Positions 43,918 to 58,334 are shown, counted from the first letter of the stretch. The stretch is DNA of 64,000 nucleotides from Octopus vulgaris (GCA_951406725.2 OX597835.1:46934001-46998000), one strand, 5' to 3'. The notes: generated from the letters alone by a model not told the origin. Program-made: numbers and translations.

Positions 43918-44141
43918 AAAAAAGAGTGTAGTGTTCTCATGAGTGCTCTCATGAACAAACTGCAGCGTTTTCCAAATTGTACGCCTAACGAAGAATTGCT
44001 TTGCATATTTTAAGTCGTGCGGCTCGCCTGCTTATGAAATGGGAACCCGTGTCTTGTCTTCTACCTTTAACGAAATGCAGGATACATTGTTGTATGATGC
44101 AATCTTAAAATGGAACATTTGAATGCAATCCGGGGTGGTTA

Positions 44142-47100
44142 CAGCGCCGCCTTGGGCAAGGGCATATTGGGTAGTTGCCCGAGGGCCTCACATTCCTAGG
44201 GGCCCAAACAGCGCCGCCTTGGGCAAGGGCATACTGGGTAGTTGCCCGAGGGCGTCACATGCCTAGGGGTGATTATAGCGCCGCCTTGGGCAAGGGCATA
44301 CTGGGTAGTTGCCCGAGGACCTCACGTGCCTAGGGGCCCAAACAGCGCCGCCTTGGGCAAGGGCATACTGGGTAGTTGCCCGAGGGCCTCACATTCCTAG
44401 GGGCCCAAACAGCGCCGCCTTGGGCAAGGGCATACTGGGTAGTTGCCCGAGGGCCTCACATTCCTAGGGGCCCAAACAGCGCCGCCTTGGGCAAGGGCAT
44501 ACTGGGTAGTTGCCCGAGGGCCTCACATGCCTAGAGGCCCAAACAGCGCCGCCTTGGGCAAGGGCATACTGGGTAGTTGCCCGAGGGCCTCACATTCCTA
44601 GGGGCCCAAACAGCGCCGCCTTGGGCAAGGGCATACTGGGTAGTTGCCCGAGGGCCTCACATTCCTAGGGGCCCAAACAGCGCCGCCTTGGGCAAGGGCA
44701 TACTGGGTAGTTGCCCGAGGGCCTCACATTCCTAGGGGCCCAAACAGCGCCGCCTTGGGCAAGGGCATACTGGGTAGTTGCCCGAGGGCGTCACATGCCT
44801 AGGGGTGATTATAGCGCCGCCTTGGGCAAGGGCATACTGGGTAGTTGCCCGAGGGCCTCACATGCCTAGGGGCCCAAACAGCGCCGCCTTGGGCAAGGGC
44901 ATACTGGGTAGTTGCCCGAGGCCCTCACGTGCCTAGGGGCCCAAACAGCGCCGCCTTGGGCAAGGGCATACTGGGTAGTTGCCCGAGGACCTCACGTGCC
45001 TAGAGGCCCAAACAGCGCCGCCTTGGGCAAGGGCATACTGGGTAGTTGCCCGAGGGCCTCACATGCCTAGAGGCCCAAACAGCGCCGCCTTGGGCAAGGG
45101 CATACTGGGTAGTTGCCCGAGGGCCTCACATGCCTAGAGGCCCAAACAGCGCCGCCTTGGGCAAGGGCATACTGGGTAGTTGCCCGAGGGCCTCACATTC
45201 CTAGGGGCCCAAACAGCGCCGCCTTGGGCAAGGGCATACTGGGTAGTTGCCCGAGGGCCTCACATTCCTAGGGGCCCAAACAGCGCCGCCTTGGGCAAGG
45301 GCATACTGGGTAGTTGCCCGAGGGCGTCACATGCCTAGGGGTGATTATAGCGCCGCCTTGGGCAAGGGCATACTGGGTAGTTGCCCGAGGGCCTCACATG
45401 CCTAGGGGCCCAAACAGCGCCGCCTTGGGCAAGGGCATACTGGGTAGTTGCCCGAGGCCCTCACGTGCCTAGGGGCCCAAACAGCGCCGCCTTGGGCAAG
45501 GGCATACTGGGTAGTTGCCCGAGGACCTCACGTGCCTAGGGGCCCAAACAGCGCCTACTTGGGCAAGGGCATACTGGGTAGTTGCCCGAGGACCTCACGT
45601 GCCTAGGGGCCCAAACAGCGCCGCCTTGGGCAAGGGCATACTGGATAGTTGCCCGAGGACCTCACGTGCCTAGGGGCCCAAACAGCGCCGCCTTGGGCAA
45701 GGGCATACTGGGTAGTTGCCCGAGGCCCTCACGTGCCTAGGGGCCCAAACAGCGCCGCCTTGGGCAAGGGCATACTGGGTAGTTGCCCGAGGACCTCACG
45801 TGCCTAGGGGCCCAAACAGCGCCGCCTTGGGCAAGGGCATACTGGGTAGTTGCCCGAGGGCCTCACATTCCTAGGGGCCCAAACAGCGCCGCCTTGGGCA
45901 AGGGCATACTGGGTAGTTGCCCGAGGGCCTCACATTCCTAGGGGCCCAAACAGCGCCGCCTTGGGCAAGGGCATACTGGGTAGTTGCCCGAGGGCCTCAC
46001 ATGCCTAGAGGCCCAAACAGCGCCGCCTTGGGCAAGGGCATACTGGGTAGTTGCCCGAGGGCCTCACATTCCTAGGGGCCCAAACAGCGCCGCCTTGGGC
46101 AAGGGCATACTGGGTAGTTGCCCGAGGGCCTCACATTCCTAGGGGCCCAAACAGCGCCGCCTTGGGCAAGGGCATACTGGGTAGTTGCCCGAGGGCCTCA
46201 CATTCCTAGGGGCCCAAACAGCGCCGCCTTGGGCAAGGGCATACTGGGTAGTTGCCCGAGGGCGTCACATGCCTAGGGGTGATTATAGCGCCGCCTTGGG
46301 CAAGGGCATACTGGGTAGTTGCCCGAGGGCCTCACATGCCTAGGGGCCCAAACAGCGCCGCCTTGGGCAAGGGCATACTGGGTAGTTGCCCGAGGCCCTC
46401 ACGTGCCTAGGGGCCCAAACAGCGCCGCCTTGGGCAAGGGCATACTGGGTAGTTGCCCGAGGACCTCACGTGCCTAGAGGCCCAAACAGCGCCGCCTTGG
46501 GCAAGGGCATACTGGGTAGTTGCCCGAGGGCCTCACATGCCTAGAGGCCCAAACAGCGCCGCCTTGGGCAAGGGCATACTGGGTAGTTGCCCGAGGACCT
46601 CACGTGCCTAGGGGCCCAAACAGCGCCGCCTTGGGCAAGGGCATACTGGGTAGTTGCCCGAGGGCCTCACATACCTAGGGGCCCAAACAGCGCCGCCTTG
46701 GGCAAGGGCATACTGGGTAGTTGCCCGAGGACCTCACGTGCCTAGGGGCCCAAACAGCGCCGCCTTGGGCAAGGGCATACTGGGTAGTTGCCCGAGGGCC
46801 TCACATTCCTAGGGGCCCAAACAGCGCCTCCTTGGGCAAGGGCATACTGGGTAGTTGCCCGAGGGCGTCACATGCCTAGGGGTGATTATAGCGCCGCCTT
46901 GGGCAAGGACATACTGGGTAGTTGCCCGAGGACCTCACGTGCCTAGGGGCCCAAACAGCGCCGCCTTGGGCAAGGGCATACTGGGTAGTTGCCCGAGGGC
47001 CTCACATTCCTAGGGGCCCAAACAGCGCCGCCTTGGGCAAGGGCATACTGGGTAGTTGCCCGAGGGCCTCACATTCCTAGGGGCCCAAACAGCGCCGCCT

Positions 47101-47825
47101 TGGGCAAGGGCATACTGGGTAGTTGCCCGAGGGCGTCACATGCCTAGGGGTGATTATAGCGCCGCCTTGGGCAAGGACATACTGGGTAGTTGCCCGAGGA
47201 CCTCACGTGCCTAGGGGCCCAAACAGCGCCGCCTTGGGCAAGGGCATACTGGGTAGTTGCCCGAGGGCGTCACATGCCTAGGGGTGATTATAGCGCCGCC
47301 TTGGGCAAGGACATACTGGGTAGTTGCCCGAGGACCTCACGTGCCTAGGGGCCCAAACAGCGCCGCCTTGGGCAAGGGCATACTGGGTAGTTGCCCGAGG
47401 GCCTCACATTCCTAGGGGCCCAAACAGCGCCGCCTTGGGCAAGGGCATACTGGGTAGTTGCCCGAGGGCGTCACATGCCTAGGGGTGATTATAGCGCCGC
47501 CTTGGGCAAGGGCATACTGGGTAGTTGCCCGAGGGCCTCACATTCCTAGGGGCCCAAACAGCGCCGCCTTGGGCAAGGGCATACTGGGTAGTTGCCCGAG
47601 GGCCTCACATGCCTAGGGGTGATTATAGCGCCGCCTTGGGCAAGGACATACTGGGTAGTTGCCCGAGGCCCTCACGTGCCTAGGGGCCCAAATAGCGCCG
47701 CTTTGGGCAAGGGCATACTGGGTAGTTGCCCGAGGGCCTCACATTCCTAGGGGCCCAAACAGCGCCGCCTTGGGCAAGGGCATACTGGGTAGTTGCCCGA
47801 GGGCCTCACGTGCCTAGGGGCCCAA
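44142..47825. repeat. GC-rich 67-bp tandem array (55 units) in the TLX upstream intron
   Basis: Unit CAGCGCCGCCTTGGGCAAGGGCATACTGGGTAGTTGCCCGAGGGCCTCACATTCCTAGGGGCCCAAA. First unit at 44142, last at 47760, and (47760-44142)/67 = 54 exactly, so there is no net indel. Confidence 0.98.
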
Positions 47826-47928
47826 GTTCTGACCTATGTATACTGTGGCTTACTGTCAATATATAAATACCCTAGGACCCAATGCATTCATTTGCCCAGG
47901 GAATTATAGCGCTGATAAGAATGTCCTG
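44142..47928. mobile_element. Putative hAT-type MITE whose left end is amplified into the 67-bp array
   Basis: Left terminus CAGCGCCGCCTT. Right terminus ...TAAGAATGTCCTG (revcomp CAGGACATTCTTA), a degenerate TIR. Flanks GGTGGTTA (44134-44141) and GATGGTCA (47929-47936) are a 6/8 match to an 8-bp TSD. TTGCCCAGGG recurs in the unique tail. Confidence 0.55.
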
Positions 47929-48151
47929 GATGGTCATAGTTGGAAAGCCTTTAATTTTAGGTATACCCGATCATTTTAGGTTAACCGAGGGCTAAATAAT
48001 GGCATTAACAACGAAGCGTCAACAATAGCAAGAACACAACACGAGCCAGATCGTCCATTGATTCCAAAGCAACTCTCAAACACGCGCGACCTCTCTCTTT
48101 CTCACTCAGTCTCTTCCAACCCTCCTTCTCAGTCTCTGATTCACTCACTTC

Positions 48152-48209
<58 letters not shown>

Positions 48210-48358
48210 TACCTTCTCTCATGTACATCAGATATCCCGTTCCTAAATAAACGCCTATATATTTCATCGATTCAATTATACACGCAAATACACGTTGCGC
48301 ACAAGACACATTCATATGCGCACGCTCTTCTGCCAATACATTCATTTATACATACATT

Positions 48359-48396
<38 letters not shown>

Positions 48397-48715
48397 AACA
48401 AACACACATACATTCATACATACGTATATTCGTGTAGTATGTGTACATACACAACACCAAACAAGAATGTAAAAATGTAGTTATATAAATGTATACATGA
48501 AGATATGCATATTTGTGTATGAAAGCATTTGTTGTTGTGTATATACACATACGTATGTACGTATGTATGTACGTATGTATGTATGTACGTATGTATGTAT
48601 GTATGTATGTATGAATGTATGTATGTATGTATGTATGTATGTATGTACGTATGTATGTATGTACGTATGTATGTATGTATGTATGTATGAATGTATGTAT
48701 GTATGTATGTATGTA

Positions 48716-48750
<35 letters not shown>

Positions 48751-48791
48751 ATGTATGAATGTATGTATGTATGTATGTATGTATGTATGTA

Positions 48792-48822
<31 letters not shown>

Positions 48823-49035
48823 ATGTATGTATGTATGTATGTATGTGTGTGTGTATGTATGTATGTATGTATTTCAGTATGTATATTTTGGTTTGCAGCA
48901 ATGTCTTTAAGATGGTTCACGAGTGAACGAGAAATAAATATAATTGGACTGCGTATAGAGTCGCACGTACACACAAACATACAATCATACACTCTCACGT
49001 ACGTACGCACACAGACACACACATTGACACACACA

Positions 49036-49081
<46 letters not shown>

Positions 49082-49583
49082 GTTACGCACCTAAACACAT
49101 CTGTACTCCAAACAATTCACAAACAATGCATTGACATAGATGCACTTAACACACAGACACACATTTTCACACACGTCTCGTACAAGCGAAGACGGAGTGA
49201 GGGTCTCTGTAACGCTGTCCTAGAAATAACGTGCTAGAAATAACAACTAAATGTCAGTCAAATCATTCTCTACTGTTTCTGGAAATGGACTCGCTGAAAA
49301 GTGTGTCACCCGCGCGTAGGAAAAGGTAGGATGGTCACGGCTAGAAATCCTTTGATCATATGTCATTTAATCAGAGCTGACATATGGTCAATCAGTCACA
49401 ACACTATCTGTGGCGTGTGTGTGTGTGTGTGAGTGTGTGTGTGCCTGAGCTTACAAGTGTGTATACATATGTGTACGAGTGTGTGTATGTGTATGCATAT
49501 GTATATATGGATATGTGTTTGAATGCATGCTTGTATATATGTATACTTGTATATATGTATGTATGCATATATATATACATATA

Positions 49584-49623
<40 letters not shown>

Positions 49624-49827
49624 GGGATGCAGCACGGACTTTGTCAGTGAACAGGTCGCGGATTTTAGCGACGAAAATATTTTGACAAATTAAACTTAAA
49701 TGTTGGAGTGAATCGAACGGCTTTTGTGTGTTTCTTAAATGGCTTATAAACACCTCCCACGCTGCAATTGTTTTCGTTTCAGCACACGATCTCAGATCAA
49801 ATTACTTGCTATGCGAGTACATCTCCG

Positions 49828-49881
<54 letters not shown>

Positions 49882-50123
49882 AATACATATGCATGTATGT
49901 ATGCAAACACACACGCACGCACACACACACACACACACACATACAAACATATAGATGAATATACATATGCATGCTTGTATGTTTACATTTGTGCGTGTAT
50001 GTGTGTATGTGTAGAAAAGAGGAACTAATTGTAAAATATACAATAGAGAGAAGAAGAAGAAGAAGAAGAAGAAGAAGAAGAAGAAGAAGACGAAGAAGAA
50101 GAAGAAAGAAAGAAAGAAAGAAA

Positions 50124-50164
<41 letters not shown>

Positions 50165-50759
50165 CAAAGGGCGTGGTAGCGAAGGAAGCGTGAGGTCGAC
50201 GTTCTCGAGAAAGATTTACCTCAACAACAAATCAATTGGATGTAGATCGATGTCAGCACCATTCATTCGAAACCGTTTTGTTGACATAACGAACTGGGTT
50301 AACTAATTTTATCAGCGTTATGTTTGTTGAGTCTAGATGTGGTCGCACAACATGCTAGAAATAACAGGCAAGCCTCGCTCAAACCACACATCACGGTTTA
50401 AAACATGAAGACTCCAATGGACAAATGTACCGATGGAATATCTTTGCTGATAAATAACTCTGCCCAAAAATGCATGAATATTTGTTGATAGCTTTATAGC
50501 GCATGTGTTAAACTCGTGCTACCGAGAATCGGTATAATACGAAGTGAGACATTAACATCTCGAGAGAGAACAGACACAAGCAAAACCGGATTAAGATTTG
50601 TAATTACACAAAACTCACGAAATATTGGCGCAAGCGTGGCTGGGTGCTAGAAAAACTTGCTTCCCAACCGCATGGTTTTCGGTTCAGTTCCACTGCGTGA
50701 TATCTTGGGCAAGTGTCTTCTACTATAGTCCCGGTCCCATTATTCTATCTGTCTATCTG

Positions 50760-50810
<51 letters not shown>

Positions 50811-50827
50811 GTCTATCTGTCTATCTG

Positions 50828-50906
<79 letters not shown>

Positions 50907-50908
<2 letters not shown>

Positions 50909-51118
50909 CGGGAAGCTTTATGAAAATAAACAAAAGACGAAGGCAGGTGGAGTACAAACAAACAATTGTATTAGTATGGTGCTCAGGAATATAAATAAAA
51001 CAAGTCTTTTACGTTTCGAGCCTACGCTCTTCAACAGAAAGATACACAGAAAAGAAACACGGAGAGAAACAAGGAGAGAAAAAAAATGTGTGCAGAAGCT
51101 AGCGAATCAACATGGCGT
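50907..51118 (-). mobile_element. Penelope-like pLTR remnant in (TA)n, hammerhead-like motif at 51006-51041
   Basis: CTTT-CTGTTGA-a-GAGC gtag GCTC-GAAAC-GTA-AAAG. Flanked by (TA)n on both sides. Confidence 0.65.
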
Positions 51119-51259
51119 ATATATATATATATATATCTATTTATCTTGCTATCTATCTGTCAGTGAGTGAGTGAATGAGTGAATGGGTGAGTGAGTGAGT
51201 GGTTGAGTGATTGAGTGAGTAAATCAGTCAGTCAGCCAGTCCGTCTGTCAGTCTGTCTG

Positions 51260-51307
<48 letters not shown>

Positions 51308-51316
51308 ATAATAATG

Positions 51317-51380
<64 letters not shown>

Positions 51381-52094
51381 TAATAATTCTTACTGAAAAA
51401 AAAAGCATGAAAATATCGTGTGACACAAATTGATATTGCGGCACGAGGAGCTGAGCCCAAAAGAAGTGACATTCATTGGCTTTTATGAAGGTCACTTGCC
51501 AAGTAATTGAAGAAAAATAACTTGGAGAATGGCAAACGGGGGTCGCGATAATGGCGGCTTTGGAGTGGATGACAGCTTAACTATACTACGGCTATTGTTG
51601 CTGTTGTTCTTGTTGGGGAGGAGGGTACTGTTGTTATACAGTGATGGCCATTGTAAATACAAGAAATGAGAATTGTATGGAGAGGAGGATGGTGGTGGGT
51701 GGGTACGTGGGGTGTGATTGTGGTAGGTCGGAGCGAGTGAACAAGGGTGTTGTTGTTGTTGCAGAGAAGTCAATAAGTGAACGATTGAATTTGAATTGAA
51801 TGAGGAGGAGGAGGAGGGTGTGGTGGTGGTGATGGTGGGGGTGGGGGGTTCGGCGACGGGGGTGTTGATGATGCTGTACTTTAGTGATTTAAGATGAAGA
51901 ATGAAGATGAAGAAGAAGAGAAAGAGACAGATGCGCATACATACATACGCATACATACATGCATGCATATATATGTATATATGAATGCATGTATGCATAT
52001 ATATATATATATATAGATACAATATATATGTATACACAGACACACACACACACACATATATATATAGGTACTATATATATATATATACATACAT

Positions 52095-52380
52095 GTCACT
52101 GGCCCTCCATCGGTTACGACGATGAAGTTTGAACGGAACAGCTTGCTCGTGAAATTAACGTGCAAGTGGCTGAGCACTCCACAGACATCTCTACCCTTAT
52201 TGTAGTTCTCAGGGAGATTCAGCTTAACACACAATGTAACAAGGCTGGCAATTTTGAATTACTGGTACAACTCATTTTTGCCAGCTGAGTGGAGTGGAGC
52301 AATGAGAAATAAAGTGTCTTGCTCAAGGACAGAATGCGTCGCCGGGAATTGAACACACAAACTTACGATCACGAACCGAA
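52095..52380 (-). mobile_element. SINE family C
   Basis: Shares CTCATTTTTGCCAGCTGAGTGGA...AAGTGTCTT..CAAGGACA with ~4390-4640 and ~25050-25290. Confidence 0.75.
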
Positions 52381-52482
52381 TATATATATATATATATATA
52401 TATATAGTTTCTTTGTATGAAATCATTGTTGATATACATACATACACACACATATATAGACATACATATGCATGAACACACA

Positions 52483-52521
<39 letters not shown>

Positions 52522-52526
<5 letters not shown>

Positions 52527-52896
52527 GGCAGTTTGTGTGTCTGTGTGTCTGTGTGTCTGTCTGGTTGTACCCTCACCCTAACCACGGCTGTAGACCGATT
52601 CTGATGAAACTTGACACACACATAGCCCAATGTCATAATTCAAAACTAACGCAGCGAAAATTTTGAAAAGTTCCCCCAGTTCTGAAAAAAATCGATAAAT
52701 TCGACATGGGGTCGAGAATCAGAAACACAAACCACAGACTGTCTGGGGGGACGCAACTCGACCTTTTTAACTCTCAAAAATAAATTTACCATAATTTTTT
52801 TTTCCATTTTTTTGCTATTTTTTGGCTATAACTCTCTAAAAATGCTTTATAGTTATTTCCCTTACAAACCCGAGCAACGCCGGGCGATACTGCTAG
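52522..52896 (+). mobile_element. Non-autonomous Helitron-like element in (TA)n
   Basis: Internal (GTCT/GTGT)n near the 5' end. 3' hairpin CCCG-agcaacgc-CGGG (52869-52884), then CTAG (52893-52896) followed by T. Confidence 0.75.
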
Positions 52897-52958
<62 letters not shown>

Positions 52959-53096
52959 CATATAAACATATATACATATGTACATAGACATATTAATAAA
53001 TATGAATGCATATGTCACTTTAGCTGTTTATCTCTTTATCTACATCTTTCTCACCATCTCCTCCTCTCTTTTAGTTTTTCTCTCTAAGCATATATG

Positions 53097-53260
<164 letters not shown>

Positions 53261-53553
53261 ATATATTTATATATATATAAATAATGTGTTTTCATGCATA
53301 TGTATGTCTATATGTATATGTGTGTGTATGTATGTATATCAACAATGAGTTCATACAATGAAACATCCGCCACGTGATCGCTAGAAATAGCAGCCAAATC
53401 GCCTTCAAACATCAAACACTCTACAGTTCTATAACATAAGTTCTATCGTTTTATGTTGTCCAAGGTGCACTTCTCCAGAATGATAGTATACCCATAGATA
53501 GAATATCTGTTCACATTTCTCTCTCTCACTCTCTCTATCTCTATATTTATCTA

Positions 53554-53652
<99 letters not shown>

Positions 53653-53656
53653 TTAT

Positions 53657-53722
<66 letters not shown>

Positions 53723-54775
53723 CTATATCTAATTATCTGTCTGTCTGTCTATCTGTCTGTCTGTTAGTCCACCAGAACTGACTTTGGGTTAAAAAAACAA
53801 TAACAAAAGCGCCAATAAGCGAAAAATGGCCCCTAAAACATAACTGCCATGAAATAGATGAGAGAGACAGGAGTGAAAGGGTGGAAGAAAGAGAGGGAAA
53901 GAAAGAAAACAGGAACTAGAAAAGACAGACAGGCCAACAGAGAGAGGTGAAGGGAGTGAGGGAGGGAAGGGAGGTGTTGTATATGACCCCCACCACCAAT
54001 CACCGCCACCACCATCAGCCTTACTGAGACGAAATCACAAGTCACACATCATACACACAATGCCACCCCACCGCCAATACAACCACCACCACCACCACCA
54101 CCACCACCACAACCACCACCACCACCACCACCGCCGTCATAATCATTATTATCCTTGTTACTCATACATACCCACGACTCTGTAATCGTCCGAAATAGAT
54201 TCCGTACCAAAAATCAACAGTGGAGGCCATTTTCAATAGACGGAGACCATTGAGAAAAAATAAAACTGTTTATGCAGCTGCTGCCATTTTAATTTTTTTT
54301 AACCCTCGCTATCCACCCCTTATCCATCCAGCCATCCACCCCATTTTTGTTTCTCCCTCGATATATATATATATATATATAACCTTTTTATTATTTACCT
54401 CTCGCTAAGCCACCCGCTTTCCACCCTGACTTTCTGTCTATTTATTTCAAGCTTCCTGTCTATCTTTCTTTCTTTCTTTCTTCCTACGGTTAAGGTGTGC
54501 CATGAGCCAAGGAAAGGAAGAACATAGAGAGGGGGAGGAGAGGGGTAGGGAGAGGGGAGAGGAAGAGGAAGAGAGAGGTGGGTAGAGAGAAGGGGGTTGA
54601 GGAAGAGAGATATAATGATAGAGTGAGGCGAAAGAGAAAGGGAAAGAATGAGAGACAAAAAAGAGTGAAAAAGAGAGGAAAGTGTGCGTGTGTGTGTGTG
54701 TGTGTGAATGAGAGAGAGAGAGAGAGAGAGAGTGAGAGTGACAGAAAGGTATGGAAGAAAGCAGATGAGACGAGT

Positions 54776-54811
<36 letters not shown>

Positions 54812-54992
54812 GCAGGAGGAGGAGGAGGAGGAGGAAGAGGAGGAAGGTGATAGTGATGATGATCATGGGAGGAGGTGGAGGAGGGGTGTGTGATGGTGGT
54901 CGTGATGATGAGGATAAGGGTGAAGATGATGATGATGATGGGTGGAGATGAGGATGTGGTTGATGAGGATGGTAACGACGACGTCGATGATA

Positions 54993-55027
<35 letters not shown>

Positions 55028-55239
55028 AATGATGATGATGATTATGACGATGGTGGTGGTGGTGTCGTCGTCATTTTCGTTGTTGCTGTTATTAGTGACA
55101 CAACCCTATGGTTTTAACATCCCACAATGCACTGTACCGGATCCATCACAATAGGACTGTTAGACGGTTTTGAACTACCAAAAACAGGCTAACAAGATAC
55201 TCCTCACCCTTCTTCCCTGCCTCTCTTTCTCACACACAT

Positions 55240-55270
<31 letters not shown>

Positions 55271-55432
55271 TGTTCCTCCAGTTTTCTGATACTTTCTCCC
55301 ACCTCTCCCATTTACCCTCCAACTCATGGTCCCATCCCCCCCCCTTGCTTCATTCACTTCCCTATTATATTCCAATACAAACAGACACACGGCATGTTAT
55401 GATAGTATATTAATTACATGTCACACACACGC

Positions 55433-55463
<31 letters not shown>

Positions 55464-55606
55464 CATACATACATACATACATACATACATACATACATAC
55501 ACATACATACATACATACACACATACATACATACATACATACATACATACATACATACATACATACATACATACATACATACATACATACATACACACAC
55601 ACATAA

Positions 55607-56030
55607 CTGGGATTTTCAGAAAGAGAAATCGACCGGCTTATTCGTACATTACAAGTGCAATCTGTGAGTGGAACAGTAAAAATATGCAAGACTTTTTTCA
55701 AGTTCCAAATGTGAATTTGTCTGTGTTAACTACATCCCAAAGATGGAGCCTTGTATCTTTGTTGGAAACCGGTTTATACCTGTAATTATTGAGGCCCTGG
55801 GATATGTAACTCACTGCCTGAATACCAATCTTCAGAAATTAGGCTTCTCAAAACCAGAAAGGAGAAAGCTAATTTGAAGACTGCAGATCCAATCCAACAC
55901 TGGAATGTAAAAGTCTATAAAACGTTGCAGAAAATTATCATTTGAATATATATGAACATGTGTAGATATGCAACTATATGCATGAGAATACATACATAAA
56001 ACAAAACATACAAATCAGCACATATACATA
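55607..56030 (+). mobile_element. Two tandem 3' fragments of RLE-type retrotransposons between (TACA)n tracts
   Basis: LGFSEREIDRLIRTLQVQSVSGTVKICKTFFKFQM* followed by RFIPVIIEALGYVTHCLNTNLQKLGFSKPERRKLI*RLQIQSNTG. Both flanks are (CATA)n. Confidence 0.7.
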
Positions 56031-57040
56031 CATACATGCATACATACATACATACATACATACATACATACATACATACATGCATACATACATACATACA
56101 TACATACATACATACATGCATACATACATACATACATACATACATACATGCATACATACATACATACATACATGCATACATACATACATACATACATACA
56201 TACATACATACATACATACATACATACATACATACATACATACATACATACATACATACATACATACATACATGCATACATACATACATACATACATACA
56301 TACATACATACATACATACATACATGCATGCATACATACATACATGCATACATACATACATACATACATACATGCATACATACATACATACATACATACA
56401 TACATACATACATACATACATACATACATACATGCATACATACATACATACATACATACATACATACATACATACATACATACATGCATGCATACATACA
56501 TACACGCATACATACATACATACATACATACATACATACATACATACATACATACATACATACATACATACATACATACATACATACATACATACATACA
56601 TACATACATACATACATACATACATACATACATACATACATACATACATACATACATACATACATACATACATACATACATACATACATACATACATACA
56701 TACATACATACATACATACATACATACATACATACATACATACATACATACATAATACATACATACATACATACATACATACATACATACATGCATACAC
56801 GCATACATACATACATACATACATACATACATAATACATACATACATACATACATACATACATACATACATACATACACGCATACATACATACATACATA
56901 CATACATACATACATACATACATACATACATACATACATACATACATACATACATACATACATACATACATACATACATACATACATACATACATTCATA
57001 CATACATGCATACATACATTCATACATACATACATACATA
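56030..57040. repeat. ~1-kb (CATA)n microsatellite
   Basis: Directly visible. Explains the 200-388-aa MYVC/HTYI ORFs. Confidence 0.98.
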
Positions 57041-57378
57041 CGACGGGCTTCTTTCAGTTTCCATCTACCAAATCCTCTCACACGGCTTTGGTCGGCTCGG
57101 GTCTACAGTAGCAGACACTTGCCCAAGGTGCCACGCAGTGGAACTGAACCCGGAACCATACGGCTGGGAATCATACTTCTTACATCGATGTATGTACTTA
57201 AGTATGTCTGTATATCTGTATGTATGCTTAAATGTGAGCATGGGCTCTTAAGTGGAATTTTAGATTATTAGTGGATGTCCGCTTTCTTCTAGCCATGTGT
57301 GTATGTGTGTCTGTGTATGTGTGTGTGTGTGTATGTGTGTGTATGTGTGCATACACATTCATTCAAATACACATATAT

Positions 57379-57409
<31 letters not shown>

Positions 57410-57615
57410 GAGTCCAGCCCCTCCTCACCGTAAATCTGTGTCAATATTCATCGTTTTATATATTTTTTTCTTTTCTTAACTTTTTTCTAATTTCTCCTAC
57501 ACCCAAGAGATGTGTGTGAGTGTGCTTGCGCGCGCGTGTCTGTATATACACATACATACATTGAGATATAGATATATATATATATACACATACATATACA
57601 TATAGATATATATAG

Positions 57616-57646
<31 letters not shown>

Positions 57647-58296
57647 CATATACATATATATACATATACATGCAAACATGTACATATGTATGTGTGTATG
57701 TATGTATGTATGTATATATGTATGTGTGTGTGTGCGTATGTATGTGTACACGCATGCGTTCTCCTCCTTTCATTCTCGTTAATAATTGACAAAGAAGCAA
57801 GTTGGCATTGAACAAATTGCCTTGTGTCAGGCTTTCGAAAAGACACGCTCCGCGTTCGGATCGTAGGAGAACTGAGGACAATATGGACAATGTGTGATGG
57901 CCGATAGAAAGACAGGATGACAGGACGAATGGTTGGGAGGGGTGGTGAGATGATAAGGGGTATTGTAGTGGCTTGGGGGAGTTAGTAGATGGGATGTGGG
58001 AGCGGTGGTGGAGGTTTTAGAGGATTATCAAAAGACGAAGTGCAGAGGGAGTTAATTCTACAGCGTGCTTGTGTAGATATGACTGTGGAGAGAGTAAATT
58101 TAGGAAATGGAACGGTGCACGGGTACACTGATGGATGGATGGGTGGATGGATGGATGGATGGATGGATAAAGAGGGAGTCAGAAAGATAGATAAAGAAAG
58201 AGTGAGAGAGATACATAAGCACAAAGATAGAAGGATATACAGTCTTAGATAGTCTTAGATAGATAGATAGATTGATAGATAGATAGACAGACAGAC

Positions 58297-58334
<38 letters not shown>

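Noticed and set aside
44142-47825. CRISPR-like appearance (palindromic constant part plus variable part, fixed period)
   Set aside because: The variable segments are a few near-identical alleles reused many times, not unique spacers. There are no cas genes and the context is a eukaryotic intron.
44142-47825. Repetitive protein-coding region
   Set aside because: The 67-bp period is not a multiple of 3, and CTAG puts TAG stops on both strands. The track shows no ORF here.
55915-57111. Long ORFs of 228-388 aa (MYVC/HTYI repeats), and similar YI/CV/LLL/NNN ORFs throughout the window
   Set aside because: They are translations of (CATA)n, (TA)n, (CA)n and (TAA)n microsatellites, open in several frames at once.
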